Below, one piece after another: positions 47,162 to 54,628 of a DNA stretch of 54,628 bases (its first letter is position 1; each line of letters begins with the position of its first letter). A program made the position numbers and the translations under genes. The DNA comes from Myxococcota bacterium (lineage in GTDB: Bacteria; Myxococcota; XYA12-FULL-58-9; JALHOP01), in contig JBGGMJ010000012.1 of assembly GCA_041288095.1 (NCBI GenBank), positions 1 through 54,628 on the forward strand, in the 5' to 3' direction. The notes under the pieces were generated by a model that was not told the origin of the DNA, searched no databases, and saw nothing but the letters and a program-made list of their open reading frames with translations.

Positions 47162-48208
47162 ATGACGATTCGCGACGGCTTCATTTCCACCATCGGCAAT
47201 ACTCCGCTCATCAAGCTGCGAGCGGTCTCGCAGGCGACCGGCTGCGACATCTACGGCAAGGCCGAGTTCTTGAATCCCGGCGGCTCGGTGAAGGATCGCG
47301 CCGCGCTCGCCATCGTGCTCGACGCCGAGAAGCGGGGCGTGCTGCGACCGGGAGGTGTCATCGTCGAGGGCACCGCCGGCAACACCGGCATTGGTTTGTC
47401 ACTCGTTGGTAATGCGCGCGGTTATCGCACCGTCATCGTCATCCCCAACACGCAAAGCCAAGAGAAGAAGGACTCGATCCGCGGTGCCGGCGCGACGCTC
47501 CATGAAGTGCCGGCGGTTCCCTACAAGAACCCGAACAACTACGTCCACGTGGCGGAGCGCATCGCCGAGCAGCTCGCTAAAACGGAGGCCAACGGCGCCA
47601 TCTGGGCACGGCAGTTCGACAACGTCGCCAACAGACAAGGCCACTACGAGACGACAGGGCAGGAGATCTGGAACCAGCTCGGCGGCAAGATCGACGGCTT
47701 CGTCTCCGCCATCGGCACCGGCGGCACGATCGCCGGCGTCGCCGCGGCCCTGCGCGAGAAGAAGCGATCCGTGAAGATTGCGCTCGCCGATCCGCCCGGC
47801 GCGGCGCTGCACACCTACTACACGACGGGTGAGCTCAAGGCAGAAGGGACGAGCATCACCGAGGGCATCGGCCAGGGGCGCATCACCAAGAACATCGAAG
47901 GCTTCACCCCAGACTTCACGTGGCAGATCGCCGACGCCGAGACCATGAACATGGTCTTCGACCTCGTCGAGAAGGAGGGCCTGGTGCTCGGCAGCTCGTC
48001 CGGCATCAACGTCGCCGGCGCGGTGCGACTCGCCAAGGAGCTGGGCCCGGGTCACACCATCGTCACCATCTTGTGTGATGCCGGCAGCCGCTACGCCTCG
48101 AGGTTGTTCAACCGCGACTTCCTCGTTGCCAAGGGACTGCCGGTGGCGCCGTGGCTCAGCCTTCAGCCGACACTGCCCGAAGGAGCACTCGTACCGGTTC
48201 CAGCCTAG
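47162..48208 (+). CDS. cysK: Cysteine synthase (PLP-dependent O-acetylserine sulfhydrylase family)
   Basis: IGNTPL, KAEFLNPGGSVKDR, GTAGNTG, GTGGT, TEGIG. Confidence 0.9.
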   Translation: MTIRDGFISTIGNTPLIKLRAVSQATGCDIYGKAEFLNPGGSVKDRAALAIVLDAEKRGVLRPGGVIVEGTAGNTGIGLSLVGNARGYRTVIVIPNTQSQEKKDSIRGAGATLHEVPAVPYKNPNNYVHVAERIAEQLAKTEANGAIWARQFDNVANRQGHYETTGQEIWNQLGGKIDGFVSAIGTGGTIAGVAAALREKKRSVKIALADPPGAALHTYYTTGELKAEGTSITEGIGQGRITKNIEGFTPDFTWQIADAETMNMVFDLVEKEGLVLGSSSGINVAGAVRLAKELGPGHTIVTILCDAGSRYASRLFNRDFLVAKGLPVAPWLSLQPTLPEGALVPVPA

Positions 48209-48240
48209 GCAGCGGTTGGCGGACCCGACAGTGTCAGACT

Positions 48241-50952
48241 ATGTCTATGCGCATGGACGGAAGACATGCGCTTCTCCCCCTGCTGGTTTTGGGCGTGGTC
48301 GGCTGCGAGGTCGCGCTCGACATCGACGCACCCACTCGCGTCAGCTGCACCGCGATAGACGACTGCCCCGCGGGCTGGGGTTGCGTAGAAGAGACCGGGT
48401 ATTGCGCCATGCGCGGCGCGGTCTGTACCGAAGACCGCAATGGCGGTCTGCACGCGAGCGCAAACGGTAACGCCTGCGCCCTGAGCGCCGAGGAGGTCGG
48501 CGTATGCGTCAACGGTGAGTGTGCTCGGTCACGTTGCGGCGATGGCGTCGTCGACGTCGCGAGGAACGAGCTTTGTGACGACCCGAACGGCAATAGCGAC
48601 ACACTCCCCGACGCGTGTCGCACCGATTGCACGCCCGCGCGCTGCGGCGACGGCGTCACCGACAGCACCGATGAATGCGACGACGCCAACGACGACGACG
48701 ACGACACCTGCCTCAGCACGTGCAATTGGAACTTCTGCGGGGCGAGCGGCGTGCTCTGCGTCGAAGGACAAGTTTGCGCGAGCGGTAGTTGCCGCGACGC
48801 CTGCACCTTCGACTCGGAATGCGACGCCGACCGCCTGTGCGAGGGCGTTTGTGTGCCCAAGATCCCGCCCATCATCTCGTTCGCCGCGGGCTCGATGTCG
48901 TTCTTCGTCGGGGCTCAGCCCGTCGACATCGTTCCCCTGGTCGATGCAGGATCGCAGGCACCGAGCGCGGTCGTGAGTTGGCGCTGGGTCGTCGCACCCG
49001 AGGGGTTCGATACGACGGTGCCACCCCCCGGCCCGGTGCTCGGTTTTTCACCCGACGTGGTCGGTAGCTACGCCCTCGAAGCCACCGCGACACACCGGGG
49101 CGGCAGTACCGCCAACATGCTGATCCTGCAGGTGAGGGCGGCAAGCACGGTTGCCTTGATGAACCCAGGTGGAGGCGACAGCATCGTCGAGTTCTTCACC
49201 GATGGCAGCGCGCAGGTGCTCTTGCCCGATTTCTTCGATGTGCAGGCGCATGCTGGACTGCAGCTGCTTCCCGGGCACAACGCCATCTTTGCAGGTGCCG
49301 TGAGCTCGCTGACCGCTCCTGACCTAACCCTCGCCGCGGATTCGCCCTCCGGTCTCGAGAGTGAGGGCGACGCGGTGAGCTGCGCCGGCGCCTTCAAGGT
49401 CTGGGCCATCGCCGACGACGGAACCGGCGGCTGCTGCCCCGCGGGCTCTTCCGGCACGCTCGCTACCTTCTCATTGGCAAGCTACGGCTGCTGCAAGCAA
49501 GGCTTCGAGTATTTCCCAAGCGGCAGCTGCGAGGTTCGGCGCGAGCGCCCGGCAACGGCGTTCATCGCGACGACCGCCAACACCGGCCAGGGGTTTGGCG
49601 GCGTGCCCGCGCTTGCGGGACCAGCCGGTCACTGCGACTGGACGGACCTCCCGCCGGCCACCATCGATCCCGACAACGTCGATGTAAAACTGTGCCGGTA
49701 CGAAATTCGAGCGCTCTCGAGCGCGCGCGATGGCTCGAACGTCGCCTTCGTGTTGTCGCGCCAATTCGTACCTGACCCCTCCCACCTGCCCGGCAGAGCG
49801 GGCCTGGCCGTGATCGTCGATGCCCCAAGCCATCTCAACAGCGTCGGGGTCGAGGCGGGGCTGCCGGATGCAAGCGTCGTTCTCCTGTCGACGGAGGTCG
49901 AAGTTGCGGACCTCCAGTACCCGCCGTTGAGCTACCTACGCCTGGCCCACGATCCGAGTGGCACGCGCTTGGCGGTGCTCGCCGGCCCCATGGATGTTCT
50001 CGCGAGCGCAGGCTCGCTCATCCAGCCGAGCGCTATCGCGGACTACGGGGTAACCATCTACGATCCCGTGAGCCACGCTACCGTCGCCGCGAGCAGCGAC
50101 ATCACCATGCGCGCGAGCTGGCGCGCCGTGCTGCTCCTGTTGCCCAACAATCGCATCGTCCTCAGTCCCGACGGACTCTCGGTGCAGGTCAGCACCACCG
50201 ACGTCACGACGCCCGCGATGACCGCCCTCTGGGCGACCCCGGCGCGCGCTGACTACGTACCCATCGACGCGAATTACCATGCGGCGCTCGCGTGCGCGCC
50301 GCTTTGCGAAGACTACAGCGCTTCGCCGGCGCCGGACCTCAACGCCTGCGCTGATGCTTGCTGCACCTGTCTAGCGGAGAGCGCGATGACGGATCCCGCG
50401 GTCCGCTGTCACGCACTCTCGGGCACGGGAGATAGCGGCGTGTCCATTTCGGTCTACGATGGGGTCAGCCGCAACGCAGCCGGCACTCTGCTCTCGGCGT
50501 CCAAGACGACGACGCTGATTCCGTTCGATCGTTGTGATGACATCTTTCTCTTCGAGAAGGCACCCGACCTCGAGCGCGTCCACGAGCTCGTGACCCATGT
50601 CGTGGCGACGCAGAGCGAGACGCACTACGCAATCGCCGCGCTCACCGGCGGTGATCCGACGCACATCACTCGCATCCCGAGCACGGGCTTCTTGGCTGAT
50701 GACTCGCAGCTGTCGTTTACCTTGCGCCTGCAAGCCAATCCCGCGCCGCCGCGTTTCGTCGAGTTCTGGATTCTGAACCGAGACGGGTCGCGCCCTCGCC
50801 AGCTCCTCCCGGACGGTGCGAGCTTCTTCGAGCAAACCAACGAGCCGCCTGAAAATGGTTGCGCCCAAACCCCCCTCGGTTCGCTGCCTTTCCTCGTCAT
50901 GTTCGCCGGGGCGATGCTTTTGCGCGGACGGCGGCCTTTACCGGCGCCGTAG
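48241..50952 (+). CDS. Cys-rich surface lipoprotein with Myxococcus-type Cys repeats and C-terminal MYXO-CTERM-like signal
   Basis: VVGC lipobox; CGDG..E.CDD repeats; GCAQTPLGSLPFLVMFAGAMLLRGRR. Confidence 0.8.
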   Translation: MSMRMDGRHALLPLLVLGVVGCEVALDIDAPTRVSCTAIDDCPAGWGCVEETGYCAMRGAVCTEDRNGGLHASANGNACALSAEEVGVCVNGECARSRCGDGVVDVARNELCDDPNGNSDTLPDACRTDCTPARCGDGVTDSTDECDDANDDDDDTCLSTCNWNFCGASGVLCVEGQVCASGSCRDACTFDSECDADRLCEGVCVPKIPPIISFAAGSMSFFVGAQPVDIVPLVDAGSQAPSAVVSWRWVVAPEGFDTTVPPPGPVLGFSPDVVGSYALEATATHRGGSTANMLILQVRAASTVALMNPGGGDSIVEFFTDGSAQVLLPDFFDVQAHAGLQLLPGHNAIFAGAVSSLTAPDLTLAADSPSGLESEGDAVSCAGAFKVWAIADDGTGGCCPAGSSGTLATFSLASYGCCKQGFEYFPSGSCEVRRERPATAFIATTANTGQGFGGVPALAGPAGHCDWTDLPPATIDPDNVDVKLCRYEIRALSSARDGSNVAFVLSRQFVPDPSHLPGRAGLAVIVDAPSHLNSVGVEAGLPDASVVLLSTEVEVADLQYPPLSYLRLAHDPSGTRLAVLAGPMDVLASAGSLIQPSAIADYGVTIYDPVSHATVAASSDITMRASWRAVLLLLPNNRIVLSPDGLSVQVSTTDVTTPAMTALWATPARADYVPIDANYHAALACAPLCEDYSASPAPDLNACADACCTCLAESAMTDPAVRCHALSGTGDSGVSISVYDGVSRNAAGTLLSASKTTTLIPFDRCDDIFLFEKAPDLERVHELVTHVVATQSETHYAIAALTGGDPTHITRIPSTGFLADDSQLSFTLRLQANPAPPRFVEFWILNRDGSRPRQLLPDGASFFEQTNEPPENGCAQTPLGSLPFLVMFAGAMLLRGRRPLPAP

Positions 50953-50982
50953 TCATCACCATCACAAGCGCATCTACTTGGG

Positions 50983-52140
50983 ATGCCCATGTCGGAGCTC
51001 GAACGGGTTGGCGGTGGTCTGCGCGCTGCGGAGCAGCTTCTTGCAAAGAAGGAGCGCGTCATTGCGCTGTGGGTAGAGCGGGTGCGTCGGACGATCCGTG
51101 CCGCGGAGCGCGAATTGCTGCCGATCCTGGTCAATACTATTCCGGCGATCCTCGATCAGCTCGCGCAAGCGCTTTCGCCGGACGACCCGAGACGGACGGC
51201 AACCGAAGGCAGCACCGTCGCCACGGAGCACGGCGGCGAACGCGTGCGACTGACGATGTTTCGCCTCGACGATCTGATCGCCGAGTACAAGGCTCTCCGC
51301 GCGGTACTCTTCGAGGTGCTCGAGGAGGAGAGGCCCCTCTCGGCTGACGAACGCAACAGGCTCAACGCCTCGCTCGACCAAGCGCTGATGGAAGCGTGCA
51401 CCGGCTATGCGCTCGTGCAGTCGAAGTTTCGCGACGAGCTCTTCGCCATTGTCGCGCATGACCTGCGCAACCCGCTCGGCGTGGCGCTCGTTAGCGCCAA
51501 TCTCATCATCAACCAGCCGACCGCGGAGCAAGTGCCGGCTTGGGCTGCGCGTATTGCCGACAACATCGGCCGCGTCGACCGCATGGTGCAGGATCTCCTG
51601 GATGCCGCGCGCGTCAACGCCGGCGCCAGGCTCGAGCTCGACCTCGAAGCGTGTGACCTCGTCGAGGTCGTGCGTGAAGCGCTCGACAACCTGCAGCCCA
51701 AACATGGCGCCTGCTTCGTCGTCGATGCCGAGGAACCGGTGCATGGATATTTCGCGCGCGACGCCCTTCGGCGGGCGGTCGAGAACCTCGCGACCAATGC
51801 AGTGAAGTATGGCGCGCGCGGCGGCACGGTCACGGTGGCTATACGCGCGACCTATGGCCGGACGATTCTGACTGTCCACAATCACGGAGCGCCCATACCG
51901 GTCGAGAAACAGGAGACCTTGTTCCGCGCCTTCCAGCGGGCGACCTCGACCGAAGGGAACGACGCTCGCGGGTGGGGACTGGGCCTTGCTCAGGTGCGTG
52001 CCGTCGCCGAGGCGCATGGAGGGAGCATCGGGGTCGACAGCACGGCCGCTCGAGGCACGACCTTCATCATCGACATTCCCGTGGATGCGCGTCCGTATCG
52101 AACGAAGCCGACGACCGAGGGTCAACGCGTAACCTCCTAG
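50983..52140 (+). CDS. Soluble sensor histidine kinase with helical (RsbRD_N-like) input domain
   Basis: No TM; HGGERV, AHDLRNPL, NLATNAVKYG, GWGLGL. Confidence 0.9.
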   Translation: MPMSELERVGGGLRAAEQLLAKKERVIALWVERVRRTIRAAERELLPILVNTIPAILDQLAQALSPDDPRRTATEGSTVATEHGGERVRLTMFRLDDLIAEYKALRAVLFEVLEEERPLSADERNRLNASLDQALMEACTGYALVQSKFRDELFAIVAHDLRNPLGVALVSANLIINQPTAEQVPAWAARIADNIGRVDRMVQDLLDAARVNAGARLELDLEACDLVEVVREALDNLQPKHGACFVVDAEEPVHGYFARDALRRAVENLATNAVKYGARGGTVTVAIRATYGRTILTVHNHGAPIPVEKQETLFRAFQRATSTEGNDARGWGLGLAQVRAVAEAHGGSIGVDSTAARGTTFIIDIPVDARPYRTKPTTEGQRVTS

Positions 52141-52263
52141 TTTGGTCCCGGACGCGCAGCCCCGTGCGGCAAGCCTACCAAGAGCGGGCATTTGTCCGCG
52201 AACGGGCGGCTTACCGCATCCGTGTATGCCGGCGAACGATAACGCTGCTCTCTGGAGGAACAC

Positions 52264-52650
52264 ATGAAGATGCAAGCAGCGGAAAAAGTCAGCTCGGCAG
52301 CGGTTCAGGTCGGTGGTTCGGCTTCGACTCGCTTCGCGGTCGTCGGCCATGACCCAGCGCTCACGGTGCAAGTGCTCACCTACCCATTCGGCATCGCCGA
52401 CATCGTCCTGCAAGGGACACAACAAAATCCGTTCATCTACTCACTGGATGGACGGCAGGCCGCTATCGCGGGCCAGAAGACCGCCGTCGAAGTGGCGCTT
52501 GCTCTGGCGAATGCTCTCGAGGGTTCCGGCTTCGCCGCGTTTCCGTGGCTGGTGACCGAGACCCATGCGGGAGTCCGGCTGGTGCCGGTGCGGGCCCTCA
52601 AGAATCCCGACGCCGTGAATTACCTGAACAAACTGCCGCGACGAGCCTGA
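52264..52650 (+). CDS. Hypothetical protein
   Basis: RBS GGAGG; 128 aa. Confidence 0.6.
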   Translation: MKMQAAEKVSSAAVQVGGSASTRFAVVGHDPALTVQVLTYPFGIADIVLQGTQQNPFIYSLDGRQAAIAGQKTAVEVALALANALEGSGFAAFPWLVTETHAGVRLVPVRALKNPDAVNYLNKLPRRA

Positions 52651-52695
52651 GCGCCGCACCACCTGGTTACGACTAGTCCACTATAGGAGACACCC

Positions 52696-53694
52696 ATGAT
52701 GCCGTCCCCGGTTGCCGCTCGCCCAGCGGTGACACCAACATATCCGCCCTCTGTCGATGCTCACGACGTCGGCGTCGCGAAGGCTCGCCCGCCCGTTACA
52801 GCGCAACCATCTTCGCCCGGGCGAAGCGACGCGATGTTTCGCAAGACACCAGCGTTCGGCACGTTCACGACGCGCGCCGGCGCGGAGGTCGAGACCGGCT
52901 TTCGCGTCTACGACGGCAAGGGCGTTGGCCTCGTCGCCACCGCGAACGCGGACGCTGTCCGGCGCATGCTCGCCGGCACCGGCTATCAGCCCGTGCTCAC
53001 GCCCTCGGGTCGGGCGGTGGTGTCGCTCTGGATCATGGCTTACCGCGACACGAGCGCCGGGGCCTACCATGAGCTGTTCGTGAGCATCCCCGTGTCACGG
53101 GAGGGGAGGACTCTCGCGGGTGACAGCGCTTGGGACACGACGCTCGGCGCCGCGGATCCCACGCGGCCGGGCGAGGTGTTCGTCCCGCGTCTGCTGCTCG
53201 ATGCGCAGACGCCCATCGACTATGGGCGCGAATACATGGGGCTACCCAAGGAGCCGCGGCCCGGCAGCTTCACCATGGAGTGGACGGCCGAGGGCCTGCG
53301 CTTCGCCGCCGTCGATGCAGCCAACCGCCCTGTTGTGCAGGGGACCCTGCCCATCGCCGCGACGCCGGCACAGCGGCTCGAGGCGCCTTGGGCGCTGATG
53401 AAACGCCTCGGCGTTTGGAACGGCCTCAAAGCCATCGCCGCGAGCGTGACTGGGGCGACGCTTCGCGCGGATACGCTATCGCGGAATCCGCTGAACGGAG
53501 AGCTCGTGCGCAACCCCGGGCAGGTGAGCAACGACTACGAGGTCATTCCCTCCGCCGACAACGTTCACATGACCTACGACCCGGCGTCGCCGTTCGGAAA
53601 GGTCTTGTCGGATCTCGATCTCACGCCTTCCTCGGTCTTGAGCTGGCGTAACCCGCGGATGCTCTTCGGTGCGCCGCTCTCGGAGAAACCATGA
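52696..53694 (+). CDS. Acetoacetate decarboxylase-like superfamily protein
   Basis: YRDTSAGAYHEL, GREYMGLPK; RBS AGGAG. Confidence 0.78.
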   Translation: MMPSPVAARPAVTPTYPPSVDAHDVGVAKARPPVTAQPSSPGRSDAMFRKTPAFGTFTTRAGAEVETGFRVYDGKGVGLVATANADAVRRMLAGTGYQPVLTPSGRAVVSLWIMAYRDTSAGAYHELFVSIPVSREGRTLAGDSAWDTTLGAADPTRPGEVFVPRLLLDAQTPIDYGREYMGLPKEPRPGSFTMEWTAEGLRFAAVDAANRPVVQGTLPIAATPAQRLEAPWALMKRLGVWNGLKAIAASVTGATLRADTLSRNPLNGELVRNPGQVSNDYEVIPSADNVHMTYDPASPFGKVLSDLDLTPSSVLSWRNPRMLFGAPLSEKP

Positions 53695-54628
53695 ACACGA
53701 TGAACACTCGCCTTGGGCTACGATCCGCCGCGGCCACCCCAGCTCACGCGCGGGCTCGCGAGCCCGAGCCTACGCGCCCGCTGAACGCCGACGCGCGCGA
53801 CGCCTGGACGAAGATCGAAGATCGGATGGCTGCGTCAGCTCTCCCAGCCACCACGCGGACTCTCCTCGCGGCGATGTTCGCCCGCCGCTCCCAGCGCTTC
53901 GCGACCGGCGGCGAGATGCCCGGCGGCAAGGCCAACCCCTTGGCCTTCAAGAGCGCCGTCGCTCCCATGCCGCTGACGCTGAACGAAGAGGCCGCCATCG
54001 CCATGTCCGCGATAGCAATCACCGGTTACGCCAATGCCGAGCTACCACTACACTCGGGTCCCGACGGGAACGGCGGGGTGCTCACGACCTTGGTCGGCCG
54101 TGCCGTTGCGAGCCCCGACGCCGCGCACTCCGTGGCCCTCTTCGTCATCAACGACGAAGGTGTGTGGTTCGTGCGCCGCCCGCAGAATCTCTCGGAGGCC
54201 GAGGTACGCGAGCAGCTCCGCCTGCTCGGCGAAGGCAAGGTCGTCGAAGCCTACCAGGCCCTGCGCGTGAAGATCGCAGACGGCCGGCGCGGTGTGCCGC
54301 GCAACACCCAGCACACTCCGTCCTTCAACATCTGGGACCACAACCGCCCGGGCACGACGGTCTTCTTGCCCGTCATGGATCTGTCGACCATCTACCTTGC
54401 GGCGATGACGACGGCGTTCAACAAGGACAGCGCCTTCAACATCTCCGACGAGCATGCCAACTACGCGCTCGCCGGCACGGCCGCGTTCGGTCAATCGAAG
54501 GGCGGCGAGCTCAACGACAAGCTGACGAGCGGTCGGCTCTATCCACTCGACGTCATGGAGACCTTCGTCGATCGGATGGCGACCATCGAGCTCGGCGAGA
54601 TGGTTGCCCACATGGCCTTGGTTGGCTC
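53691..54628 (+). CDS. Nitroreductase-fold-like protein (truncated by window end)
   Basis: Not in the ORF track (no stop in window). ATGA-coupled open frame with LLAAMFARRSQRF, PLTLNEEA, ITG and GRAVASP. Confidence 0.6.
   Translation, partial: MNTMNTRLGLRSAAATPAHARAREPEPTRPLNADARDAWTKIEDRMAASALPATTRTLLAAMFARRSQRFATGGEMPGGKANPLAFKSAVAPMPLTLNEEAAIAMSAIAITGYANAELPLHSGPDGNGGVLTTLVGRAVASPDAAHSVALFVINDEGVWFVRRPQNLSEAEVREQLRLLGEGKVVEAYQALRVKIADGRRGVPRNTQHTPSFNIWDHNRPGTTVFLPVMDLSTIYLAAMTTAFNKDSAFNISDEHANYALAGTAAFGQSKGGELNDKLTSGRLYPLDVMETFVDRMATIELGEMVAHMALVG

Overview
High-GC bacterial chromosomal window, most likely from a Myxococcota-type organism. This is inferred from MYXO-CTERM-like sorting signals, Myxococcus-type Cys-rich repeats and many lipoproteins. 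It holds about 49 CDS. I found no rRNA, tRNA, CRISPR array or transposase. Blocks in order: (1) a structured, repeated non-coding element at ~227-509; (2) secreted protease/lipoprotein genes, a methyltransferase, glycerate kinase, dps and a divergent RelA/SpoT-like nucleotidyltransferase; (3) cytochrome c and a DGPF/YciI + ECF42 sigma pair with its promoter; (4) a di-haem oxidoreductase (DHOR)-Rieske-porin operon; (5) PepSY-TM, CPA2 antiporter and SMR exporter; (6) a ~2670-aa adhesin with an internal MYXO-CTERM plus second signal peptide before a beta-barrel/OmpA module; (7) carbonic anhydrase + SulP with two sigma54 promoters and GlrR-type TGTC-N10-GACA boxes next to a GlrK/GlrR-like two-component system; (8) a Rox-like FAD monooxygenase preceded by a palindrome resembling the rifamycin-associated element (RAE), divergent from an AraC gene; (9) an FMN-binding/DHOR/imelysin/P460-like/porin cluster with a Fur-like box; (10) a family 2A encapsulin-cysteine desulfurase operon carrying a rhodanese-XRE-cupin fusion regulator and cysteine synthase; (11) a Cys-rich surface protein, an orphan kinase and an ADC-like/nitroreductase-like pair. 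All family calls come from motif recognition by eye; no searches were run. Several starts were moved from the ORF track to better-supported downstream start codons.
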